From Rhynchopus sp. YZ270_cl-10 (taxonomy: Eukaryota), in assembly GCA_964035575.1 (NCBI GenBank), contig OZ037834.1, positions 124,001 to 188,000 on the forward strand: a stretch of 64,000 bases of DNA, given 5' to 3'. The number at the start of each line of letters is the position of its first letter. Within the stretch, counting starts at the first letter, position 1. Shown here in pieces: positions 24,041 through 36,179 of this stretch. The notes below the pieces were generated by a model. That model was not told the origin of the DNA, ran no database searches, and worked only from the letters and a program-made list of their open reading frames with translations. The position numbers and the translations under genes were made by a program.

Positions 24041-24227
24041 CACGAGTTGCAGCAGCCCACCGAAGGTGGGCTGCGTTTGGCAACCACTCGAGACGTTTAA
24101 CGCGTGTATCGCATATACATAGCGTTGTGTGTATCGTATACGAAGACCGTTGTGTGTAAAGCACGTGTAGACCGTTCCGATATCACACATACTAGCCTGC
24201 AAGCGTGTTTCCGCGGCGCTAGGACTC

Positions 24228-26122
24228 TAACGCGTCGTCTCTGACGCGTCGGTTCAAACGCGTCGGTTCTGACGCGTCGGTTCTTACTCGTCGGTTCTCA
24301 CGCGTCGGTTCTTACGCCGCGGTTCTAACGCGTCGGTTCTTACGCGTCGGTTCTAACGAGTCGGTTCTAACGCGTCGGTTCTGACGCGTCGGTTCTTACG
24401 CGTCGGTTCTAACGCGTCGGTTCTAACACGTCGGTTCTAACGCGTCGGTTCTTACGCGTCGGTTCTTACGAGTCGGTTCTTACGAGTCGGTTCTAACGCG
24501 TCGGTTCTTACGCGTCGGTTCTAACGCGTCGGTTCTAACGAGTCGGTTCTTACGCGTCGGTTCTCACGCGTCGGTTCTAACGCGTCGGTTCTTACGAGTC
24601 GGTTCTAACGCGTCGGTTCTTTCGCGTCGGTTCTCACGCGTCGGTTCTAACGCGTCGGTTCTAAAGCGTCCGTTCTAACGCGTCGGTTCTAACGCGTCGG
24701 TTCTTACGCGTCGGTTCTTTCGCGTCGGTTCTAACGCGTCGGTTCTAACTCGTCGGTTCTTACGAATCGGTTCTAACGCGTCGGTTCTTATGCGTCGGTT
24801 CTTAGGCGTCGGTTCTAACGCGTCGGTTCTTACGAATCGGTTCTAACGCGTCGGTTCTTTCGCGTCGGTTCTAACTCGTCGGTTCTAACGCGTCGGTTCT
24901 TACGCGTCGGTTCTAACTCGTCGGTTCTCACGCGTCGGTTCTAACGCGTCGGTTCTTACTCCGCGGTTCTAACGCGTCGGTTCTTATGCGTCGGTTCTTA
25001 GGCGTCGGTTCTAACGCGTCGGTTCTTACGAATCGGTTCTAACGCGTCGGTTCTTTCGCGTCGGTTCTAACTCGTCGGTTCTAACGCGTCGGTTCTTACG
25101 CGTCGGTTCTAACTCGTCGGTTCTTACGAATCGGTTCTAACGCGTCGGTTCTTTCGCGTCGGTTCTTACGCGTCGGTTCTAACGCGTCGGTTCTTACGAA
25201 TCGGTTCTAACGCGTCGGTTCTAACGCGTCGGTTCTTACGAATCGGTTCTAACGCGTCGGTTCTAACGCGTCGGTTCTACAGCGTCGGTTCTAACGCGTC
25301 GGTTCTTTCGCGTCGGTTCTAACGCGTCGGTTCTAACGCGTCGGTTCTTACGAATCGGTTCTAACGCGTCGGTTCTTTCGCGTCGGTTCTAACGCGTCGG
25401 TTCTAACGCGTCGGTTCTTACGCGTCGGTTCTAACTCGTCGGTTCTCACGCGTCGGTTCTAACGCGTCGGTTCTTACTCCGCGGTTCTAACGCGTCGGTT
25501 CTAACGCGTCGGTTCTTACGAATCGGTTCTAACGCGTCGGTTCTTTCGCGTCGGTTCTTACGCGTCGGTTCTAACGCGTCGGTTCTTACGAATCGGTTCT
25601 AACGCGTCGGTTCTAACGCGTCGGTTCTTACGAATCGGTTCTAACGCGTCGGTTCTAACGCGTCGGTTCTACAGCGTCGGTTCTAACGCGTCGGTTCTTT
25701 CGCGTCGGTTCTAACGCGTCGGTTCTAACGCGTCGGTTCTTACGCGTCGGTTCTAACGCGTCGGTTCTTACGAATCGGTTCTAACGCGTCGGTTCTAACG
25801 CGTCGGTTCTTACGCGTCGGTTCTAACGCGTCGGTTCTTACGAATCGGTTCTAACGCGTCGGTTCTAACGCGTCGGTTCTACAGCGTCGGTTCTAACGCG
25901 TCGGTTCTTTCGCGTCGGTTCTTACGCGTCGGTTCTTACGAATCCGTTCTAACGCGTCGGTTCTCACGCGTCGGTTCTACAGCGTCCGTTCTAACGCGTC
26001 GGTTCTAACGCGTCGGTTCTAACGCGTTGGTTCTTACGAATCGGTTCTAACGCGTCGGTTCTTTCGCGTCGGTTCTTACGCGTCGGTTCTAACGCGTCGG
26101 TTCTAACGCGTCGGTTCTTACG
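24228..26122. repeat. 14-bp satellite array 1, consensus AACGCGTCGGTTCT
   Basis: Tandem 14-mers with recurring variants. Confidence 0.97.
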
Positions 26123-29100
26123 AATTCCTTAACACTCAGTTCCTTAACACTCGGTGTTAAGGTCTTTAAGGTTGCTGATCACCCCACCCACCCACCCCCT
26201 CTAAGGCACCCCCCCCGCCCCCCCCCCCCGGGGTGGGTTTCGGCCATTTTTTTTCAGGTCTCTAAACGTCCAAAGAGGTCAAAAAAGTGGATTCTTGGGA
26301 AGATAGGAGGTTTTTTTGAGGGTTTGCAAATGAGAAAGACCTCCAAACCCTGACAGACCCTGAAACCAGGGTGTCGCGAGTACCCCTTTTTTACACGTGT
26401 TTCTTAAGGGTTCTACAGGGTAAAACAGGCAAAACAGGCGTTTTGGCCAAAAACCCGGTTTTTCAGGCAGGTAACCGGGTTTGAGGCTTGGGAAACGTGC
26501 CAGAGCGGTGTGAGAACCATGCGTGGGGGTTTGTAACCACTCGTTGCGTTGGTTGCGTTGCCTTCGCTACGTTGCGTTCGTTACGTACACACCGGTTACG
26601 TTGTGTTGCATGCGTTGCGTTCGTTGTGTAGAGATCGTTATATACAGAGTGCAACGAACAGAGCGGTTGCGTTGCGTTGGTTGTGTTCGGTTGGTTACGT
26701 TCGTTGCGTTCCGATCGTTACGTACACATCGGTTGCGTTGCGTTGCGTTCGTTGCATACAGATCGTAACGTACGCATCGGTTGCGTTGCGTTGCATGCGT
26801 TGCGTTCGTTGCATACAGATCGTAACGTACGCATCGGTTGCGTTGCGTTGCATGCGTTGCGTTCGTTGCATACAGATCGTAACGTACACATCGGTTGCGT
26901 TGCGTTCGTTGCGTTCTGATCGTTACGTACGCATCGGTTGCGTTGCGTTGCATGCTTTCGTTGCATACGGATCGTAACGTATAGAGCGGATCCGTTTCGT
27001 TGTGTTCGGTTGCGTTTATCAACCACACCAGCCAGGAGTGTTAAGGATTGCCAAAAAAAACTAAATTTAGTTTTTTTTGGCAATCCTTAACACTCCTGGC
27101 TGGTGTGGTTGATAAACGCAACCGAACACCACGAAACGGATCCGCTCTATACGTTACGATCCGTATGCAACCAAAGCATGCAACGCAACGCAACCGATGC
27201 GTACGTTACGATCTGTATGCAACGCACGCAACGCAACCGATGTGTACGTAACGATCAGAACGCAACGAACGCAACGCATGCAACGCAACGCAACCGATGC
27301 GTACGTTACGATCTGTATGCAACGAACGCAACGCATGCAACGCAACGCAACCGATGTGTACGTTACGATCTGTATGCAACGAACGCAACGCATGCAACGC
27401 AACGCAACCGATGTGTATGTAGCGATCTGTATGCAACGAACGCAACGCATACAACGCAACGCAACCGATGTGTACGTTACGATCTGTATGCAACGAACGC
27501 AACGCATGCAACGCAACGCAACCGATGCGTACGTTACGATCTGTATGCAACGAACGCAACGCATGCAACGCAACGCAACCGATGTGTACGTTACGATCTG
27601 TATGCAACGCACGCAACGCAACCGATGTGTACGTTACGATCTGTATGCAACGAACGCAACGCATGCAACGCAACGCAACCGATGCGTACGTTACGATCTG
27701 TATGCAACGCACGCAACGCAACCGATGTGTACGTAGCGATCTGTATGCAACGAACGCAACGCAACCAACGCAACGAGTGGTTACAAACCCCCACGCATGG
27801 TTCTCACAGCGCGCTGGCACGTTTCCCAAGCCGCAAACCCGGTTACCCGCCTGAAAAACCGGGTTTCTGGCCAAAACGCCTGTTTTGCCTGTAGAACCCT
27901 GTAGAAGCCTTAAGAAACACGTGTAAAAAAGGGGTACTCGCGACACCCTGGTTTCAGGGTCTGTCAGGGTTTGGAGGTCTTTGCTTCAGAGAAAGTCTCC
28001 TAAAAACCTCCTATCTTCCCAAGAATCCACTTTTTTGACCTCTTTCGAGGTTTAGAGACCTGAAAAAAAATGCCCGAACCCCACCTTGGGGGGGGGGGGG
28101 GGGGGAGGGTGCCTGAGAGGGGGGGTGGGTGGGTGGGTGGGTGGGAGGTGATCAGCAACCTTAAAGACCTTAACACCGAGTGTTAAGGAATGTTAAGGTC
28201 TTTAAGGTTGCTGATCACCCCACCCTCCCCGCGCGGGGTGGGTTTCGGCCATTTTTTTTCAGGTCTCTAAACGTCCAAAGAGGTCAAAAAAGTGGATTCT
28301 TGGGAAGATAGGAGGTTTTTTTTAGGGTTTGCAAATGAGAAAGACCTCCAAACCCTGACAGACCCTGAAACGAGGGTGTCGCGAGTACCCCTTTTTTACA
28401 CGTGTTTCTTAAGGGTTCTACAGGGTTCTACAGGCAAAACAGGCGTTTTGGCCGAAAACCCGGTTTTTCAGGCAGGTAACCGGGTTTGCGGCTTGGGAAA
28501 CGTGCCAGCGCGCTGTGGGAACCATGCATGGGGGTTTGTAACCGCTCGTTGCGTTGGTTGCGTTGCCTTCGCTACGTTGCGTACACATAGCTACGTGCAC
28601 ACCGGTTACGTTGTGTTGCATGCGTTGCGTTCGTTGTGTAGAGATCGTTATATACAGAGTGCAACGAACAGAGCGGTTGCGTTGCGTTGGTTGTGTTCGG
28701 TTGGTTACGTTCGTTGCGTTCCGATCGTTTCGTACACATCGGTTGCGTTGCGTTGCATGCGTTGCGTTCGTTGCGTTGCGTTCGTTGCATACAGATCGTT
28801 ACGTACTCATCGCTTGCATTTCCTTAACACTCGGTGTTAAGGTCTTTAAGGTTGCTGATCACCTCCCACCCACCCACCCACCCACCCCCCCTCTCAGGCA
28901 CCCCCCCCCCCCCCCCCCCCCAAGGTGGGGTTCGGGCATTTTTTTTCAGGTCTCTAAACCTCGAAAGAGGTCAAAAAAGTGGATTCTTGGGAAGATAGGA
29001 GGTTTTTAGGAGACTTTCTCTGAAGCAAAGACCTCCAAACCCTGACAGACCCTGAAACCAGGGTGTCGCGAGTACCCCGTTTTTACACGTGTTTCTTAAG

Positions 29101-30522
29101 GGTTCTACAGGGTTCTACAGGCAAAACAGGCGTTTTGGCCAAAAACCCGGTTTTTCAGGCAGGTAACCGGGTTTGCGGCTTGGGAAACGTGCCAGAGCGG
29201 TGTGAGAACCATGCGTGGGGGTTTGTAACCACTCGTTGCGTTGGTTGCGTTGACTTCGTTGCGTAGACATCGCTACGTACACACCGGTTACGTTGTGTTG
29301 CATGCGTTGCGTTCGTTGTGTAGCTATCGTTACGTACAGAGCGCAACGTACGGAGCGGTTGCGTTGCGTTGGTTGTGTTTGGTTGGTTACGTTCGTTGCG
29401 TTCCGATCGTTACGTACACATCCGTTACGTTGCGTTCGTTGCATACAGATCGTTACGTACACATGGGTTACGTTGTGTTGCATGCGTTGCGTTCGTTGTG
29501 TAGAGATCGATATATACAGATCGCAACGTACGCATAGGTTGCGTTGGTTGCGTTCTGATCGTTACGTACGCATCGGTTGCGTTGCGTTGCATGCGTTGGT
29601 TGCATACGGATCGTAACGAAAAGAGCGGATCCGTTTCGTTGTGTTCGGTTGCGTTTATCAACCACACCAGCCAGGAGTGTTAAGGATTGCCAAAAAAAAC
29701 TAAATTCCTTAACACTCGGTGTTAAGGTCTTTAAGGTTGCTTCACCACCCCACCCACCCCCTCTAAGGCACCCCCCCCGGTCCCCCCCCCCGGGGTGGGT
29801 TTCGGCCATTTTTTTTCAGGTCTCTAAACGTCCAAAGAGGTCAAAAAAGTGGATTCTTGGGAAGATAGGAGGTTTTTTTGAGGGTTTGCAAATGAGAAAG
29901 ACCTCCAAACCCTGACAGACCCTGAAACGAGGGTGTCGCGAGTACCCCTTTTTTACACGTGTTTCTTAAGGGTTCTACAGGGTTATACAGGCAAAACAGG
30001 CGTTTTGGCCGAAAACCCGGTTTTTCAGGCAGGTAACCGGGTTTGAGGCTTGGGAAACGTGCCAGAGCGTGTGAGAACCATGCGTGGGGGTTTGTAACCA
30101 CTCGTTGCGTTGGTTGCGCTGCCTTCGCTACGTTGCGTTCGTTACGTACACACCGGTTACGTTGTGTTGCATGCGTTGCGTTCGTTGTGTAGAGATCGTT
30201 ATATACAGAGTGCAACGAACAGAGCGGTTGCGTTGCGTTGGTTGCGTTCCGATCGTTACGTACACATCGGTTGCGTTGCGTTGCATGCGTTGCGTTCGGT
30301 GCGTTGCGTTGCTTCCGTGTCTTTGGTTCGAGACGTTACGTACCGAACGGTTGCGTTGCGTCGGTTGCATTCGTTCCGTTCACATCGTTCCGATCTGAAC
30401 GGAACGATGTGAACGCAAGAAACGTAGCGCATCGGTTGCGTTGGTTGGCTTGTGTGCGTTGCAAACCTTTCATACATCAACCACACCAGCCAGTGAGTGT
30501 TAAGGATTGCCAAAAAAAACTA
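26123..30522. repeat. Complex module block, copy 1: five modules, ~26141-27065(+), 27066-28190(-), 28191-28818(+, truncated), 28819-29704(+), 29705-30524(+)
   Basis: Modules start TTCCTTAACACTCGGTGTTAAGGTCTTTAAGG (the third lacks the first part), then a C-tract, a conserved core and GCGTT-derived repeats. Full modules end GAGTGTTAAGGATTGCCAAAAAAAACTAAA. Confidence 0.92.
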
Positions 30523-31570
30523 AATCGGTTCTTACGCGTCGGTTCTTACGCGTCGGTTCTAACGCGTCGGTTCTAACGCGTCGGTTCTAACGCGTCGGTT
30601 CTTTCGCGTCGGTTCTAACGCGTCGGTTTTACGCGTCGGTTCTAACGAGTCGGTTCTAACGCGTCGGTTCTAACGCGTCGGTTCTTACGCGTCGGTTCTA
30701 ACGCGTCGGTTCTTACGCGTCGGTTCTGACGCGTCGGTTCTAACGCGTCGGTTCTTGCTCCGCGGTTCTTACGCGTCGGTTCTAACGCGTCGGTTCTACA
30801 GCGTCCGTTCTAACGCGTTGGTTCTAACGCGTCGGTTCTAACGCGTCGGTTCTTGCTCCGCGGTTCTAACGCGTCGGTTCTTTCGCGTCGGTTCTAACGC
30901 GTCGGTTCTTACGCGTCGGTTCTAACGAGTCGGTTCTAACGCGTCGGTTCTAACGCGTCGGTTCTTACGAATCGGTTCTAACGCGTCGGTTCTTTCGCGT
31001 CGGTTCTTACGCGTCGGTTCTAACGCGTCGGTTCTTACGAATCGGTTCTAACGCGTCGGTTCTAACGCGTCGGTTCTTACGAATCGGTTCTAACGCGTCG
31101 GTTCTAACGCGTCGGTTCTACAGCGTCGGTTCTAACGCGTCGGTTCTTTCGCGTCGGTTCTAACGCGTCGGTTCTAACGCGTCGGTTCTTACGCGTCGGT
31201 TCTAACGCGTCGGTTCTTACGAATCGGTTCTAACGCGTCGGTTCTAACGCGTCGGTTCTTACGCGTCGGTTCTAACGCGTCGGTTCTTACGAATCGGTTC
31301 TAACGCGTCGGTTCTAACGCGTCGGTTCTACAGCGTCGGTTCTAACGCGTCGGTTCTTTCGCGTCGGTTCTTACGCGTCGGTTCTTACGAATCCGTTCTA
31401 ACGCGTCGGTTCTCACGCGTCGGTTCTACAGCGTCCGTTCTAACGCGTCGGTTCTAACGCGTCGGTTCTAACGCGTTGGTTCTTACGAATCGGTTCTAAC
31501 GCGTCGGTTCTTTCGCGTCGGTTCTTACGCGTCGGTTCTAACGCGTCGGTTCTAACGCGTCGGTTCTTAC
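30523..31570. repeat. 14-bp satellite array 2
   Basis: Same monomer; its 3' part matches the 3' part of array 1. Confidence 0.97.
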
Positions 31571-34500
31571 GAATTCCTTAACACTCAGTTCCTTAACACT
31601 CGGTGTTAAGGTCTTTAAGGTTGCTGATCACCCCACCCACCCACCCCCTCTAAGGCACCCCCCCCGCCCCCCCCCCCGGGGTGGGTTTCGGCCATTTTTT
31701 TTCAGGTCTCTAAACGTCCAAAGAGGTCAAAAAAGTGGATTCTTGGGAAGATAGGAGGTTTTTTTGAGGGTTTGCAAATGAGAAAGACCTCCAAACCCTG
31801 ACAGACCCTGAAACCAGGGTGTCGCGAGTACCCCTTTTTTACACGTGTTTCTTAAGGGTTCTACAGGGTAAAACAGGCAAAACAGGCGTTTTGGCCAAAA
31901 ACCCGGTTTTTCAGGCAGGTAACCGGGTTTGAGGCTTGGGAAACGTGCCAGAGCGGTGTGAGAACCATGCGTGGGGGTTTGTAACCACTCGTTGCGTTGG
32001 TTGCGTTGCCTTCGCTACGTTGCGTTCGTTACGTACACACCGGTTACGTTGTGTTGCATGCGTTGCGTTCGTTGTGTAGAGATCGTTATATACAGAGTGC
32101 AACGAACAGAGCGGTTGCGTTGCGTTGGTTGTGTTCGGTTGGTTACGTTCGTTGCGTTCCGATCGTTACGTACACATCGGTTGCGTTGCGTTGCGTTCGT
32201 TGCATACAGATCGTAACGTACGCATCGGTTGCGTTGCGTTGCATGCGTTGCGTTCGTTGCATACAGATCGTAACGTACGCATCGGTTGCGTTGCGTTGCA
32301 TGCGTTGCGTTCGTTGCATACAGATCGTAACGTACACATCGGTTGCGTTGCGTTCGTTGCGTTCTGATCGTTACGTACGCATCGGTTGCGTTGCGTTGCA
32401 TGCTTTCGTTGCATACGGATCGTAACGTATAGAGCGGATCCGTTTCGTTGTGTTCGGTTGCGTTTATCAACCACACCAGCCAGGAGTGTTAAGGATTGCC
32501 AAAAAAAACTAAATTTAGTTTTTTTTGGCAATCCTTAACACTCCTGGCTGGTGTGGTTGATAAACGCAACCGAACACCACGAAACGGATCCGCTCTATAC
32601 GTTACGATCCGTATGCAACCAAAGCATGCAACGCAACGCAACCGATGCGTACGTTACGATCTGTATGCAACGCACGCAACGCAACCGATGTGTACGTAAC
32701 GATCAGAACGCAACGAACGCAACGCATGCAACGCAACGCAACCGATGCGTACGTTACGATCTGTATGCAACGAACGCAACGCATGCAACGCAACGCAACC
32801 GATGTGTACGTTACGATCTGTATGCAACGAACGCAACGCATGCAACGCAACGCAACCGATGTGTATGTAGCGATCTGTATGCAACGAACGCAACGCATAC
32901 AACGCAACGCAACCGATGTGTACGTTACGATCTGTATGCAACGAACGCAACGCATGCAACGCAACGCAACCGATGCGTACGTTACGATCTGTATGCAACG
33001 AACGCAACGCATGCAACGCAACGCAACCGATGTGTACGTTACGATCTGTATGCAACGCACGCAACGCAACCGATGTGTACGTTACGATCTGTATGCAACG
33101 AACGCAACGCATGCAACGCAACGCAACCGATGCGTACGTTACGATCTGTATGCAACGCACGCAACGCAACCGATGTGTACGTAGCGATCTGTATGCAACG
33201 AACGCAACGCAACCAACGCAACGAGTGGTTACAAACCCCCACGCATGGTTCTCACAGCGCGCTGGCACGTTTCCCAAGCCGCAAACCCGGTTACCCGCCT
33301 GAAAAACCGGGTTTCTGGCCAAAACGCCTGTTTTGCCTGTAGAACCCTGTAGAAGCCTTAAGAAACACGTGTAAAAAAGGGGTACTCGCGACACCCTGGT
33401 TTCAGGGTCTGTCAGGGTTTGGAGGTCTTTGCTTCAGAGAAAGTCTCCTAAAAACCTCCTATCTTCCCAAGAATCCACTTTTTTGACCTCTTTCGAGGTT
33501 TAGAGACCTGAAAAAAAATGCCCGAACCCCACCTTGGGGGGGGGGGGGGGGGGAGGGTGCCTGAGAGGGGGGGTGGGTGGGTGGGTGGGTGGGAGGTGAT
33601 CAGCAACCTTAAAGACCTTAACACCGAGTGTTAAGGAATGTTAAGGTCTTTAAGGTTGCTGATCACCCCACCCTCCCCGCGCGGGGTGGGTTTCGGCCAT
33701 TTTTTTTCAGGTCTCTAAACGTCCAAAGAGGTCAAAAAAGTGGATTCTTGGGAAGATAGGAGGTTTTTTTTAGGGTTTGCAAATGAGAAAGACCTCCAAA
33801 CCCTGACAGACCCTGAAACGAGGGTGTCGCGAGTACCCCTTTTTTACACGTGTTTCTTAAGGGTTCTACAGGGTTCTACAGGCAAAACAGGCGTTTTGGC
33901 CGAAAACCCGGTTTTTCAGGCAGGTAACCGGGTTTGCGGCTTGGGAAACGTGCCAGCGCGCTGTGGGAACCATGCATGGGGGTTTGTAACCGCTCGTTGC
34001 GTTGGTTGCGTTGCCTTCGCTACGTTGCGTACACATAGCTACGTGCACACCGGTTACGTTGTGTTGCATGCGTTGCGTTCGTTGTGTAGAGATCGTTATA
34101 TACAGAGTGCAACGAACAGAGCGGTTGCGTTGCGTTGGTTGTGTTCGGTTGGTTACGTTCGTTGCGTTCCGATCGTTTCGTACACATCGGTTGCGTTGCG
34201 TTGCATGCGTTGCGTTCGTTGCGTTGCGTTCGTTGCATACAGATCGTTACGTACTCATCGCTTGCATTTCCTTAACACTCGGTGTTAAGGTCTTTAAGGT
34301 TGCTGATCACCTCCCACCCACCCACCCACCCACCCCCCCTCTCAGGCACCCCCCCCCCCCCCCCCCCCCCAAGGTGGGGTTCGGGCATTTTTTTTCAGGT
34401 CTCTAAACCTCGAAAGAGGTCAAAAAAGTGGATTCTTGGGAAGATAGGAGGTTTTTAGGAGACTTTCTCTGAAGCAAAGACCTCCAAACCCTGACAGACC

Positions 34501-36179
34501 CTGAAACCAGGGTGTCGCGAGTACCCCGTTTTTACACGTGTTTCTTAAGGGTTCTACAGGGTTCTACAGGCAAAACAGGCGTTTTGGCCAAAAACCCGGT
34601 TTTTCAGGCAGGTAACCGGGTTTGCGGCTTGGGAAACGTGCCAGAGCGGTGTGAGAACCATGCGTGGGGGTTTGTAACCACTCGTTGCGTTGGTTGCGTT
34701 GACTTCGTTGCGTAGACATCGCTACGTACACACCGGTTACGTTGTGTTGCATGCGTTGCGTTCGTTGTGTAGCTATCGTTACGTACAGAGCGCAACGTAC
34801 GGAGCGGTTGCGTTGCGTTGGTTGTGTTTGGTTGGTTACGTTCGTTGCGTTCCGATCGTTACGTACACATCGGTTGCGTTGCGTTGCATGCGTTACATCC
34901 GTTACGTTGCGTTCGTTGCATACAGATCGTTACGTACACATGGGTTACGTTGTGTTGCATGCGTTGCGTTCGTTGTGTAGCTATCGTTACGTACAGAGCG
35001 CAACGTACGGAGCGGTTGCGTTGCGTTGGTTGTGTTTGGTTGGTTACGTTCGTTGCGTTCCGATCGTTACGTACACATCCGTTACGTTGCGTTCGTTGCA
35101 TACAGATCGTTACGTACACATGGGTTACGTTGTGTTGCATGCGTTGCGTTCGTTGTGTAGAGATCGATATATACAGATCGCAACGTACGCATAGGTTGCG
35201 TTGGTTGCGTTCTGATCGTTACGTACGCATCGGTTGCGTTGCGTTGCATGCGTTGGTTGCATACGGATCGTAACGAAAAGAGCGGATCCGTTTCGTTGTG
35301 TTCGGTTGCGTTTATCAACCACACCAGCCAGGAGTGTTAAGGATTGCCAAAAAAAACTAAATTCCTTAACACTCGGTGTTAAGGTCTTTAAGGTTGCTTC
35401 ACCACCCCACCCACCCCCTCTAAGGCACCCCCCCCGGTCCCCCCCCCCGGGGTGGGTTTCGGCCATTTTTTTTCAGGTCTCTAAACGTCCAAAGAGGTCA
35501 AAAAAGTGGATTCTTGGGAAGATAGGAGGTTTTTTTGAGGGTTTGCAAATGAGAAAGACCTCCAAACCCTGACAGACCCTGAAACGAGGGTGTCGCGAGT
35601 ACCCCTTTTTTACACGTGTTTCTTAAGGGTTCTACAGGGTTATACAGGCAAAACAGGCGTTTTGGCCGAAAACCCGGTTTTTCAGGCAGGTAACCGGGTT
35701 TGAGGCTTGGGAAACGTGCCAGAGCGTGTGAGAACCATGCGTGGGGGTTTGTAACCACTCGTTGCGTTGGTTGCGCTGCCTTCGCTACGTTGCGTTCGTT
35801 ACGTACACACCGGTTACGTTGTGTTGCATGCGTTGCGTTCGTTGTGTAGAGATCGTTATATACAGAGTGCAACGAACAGAGCGGTTGCGTTGCGTTGGTT
35901 GCGTTCCGATCGTTACGTACACATCGGTTGCGTTGCGTTGCATGCGTTGCGTTCGGTGCGTTGCGTTGCTTCCGTGTCTTTGGTTCGAGACGTTACGTAC
36001 CGAACGGTTGCGTTGCGTCGGTTGCATTCGTTCCGTTCACATCGTTCCGATCTGAACGGAACGATGTGAACGCAAGAAACGTAGCGCATCGGTTGCGTTG
36101 GTTGGCTTGTGTGCGTTGCAAACCTTTCATACATCAACCACACCAGCCAGTGAGTGTTAAGGATTGCCAAAAAAAACTA
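31571..36179. repeat. Complex module block, copy 2
   Basis: Duplicate of 26123-30522 at offset 5448, with ~208 extra bases at ~34870-35080. Confidence 0.92.

Noticed and set aside
26123..36179. NUMT of diplonemid mitochondrial minichromosome constant regions
   Set aside because: The period is of similar size, but no gene-module cassette or differing unique segment was seen between copies; cannot be fully excluded without BLAST.
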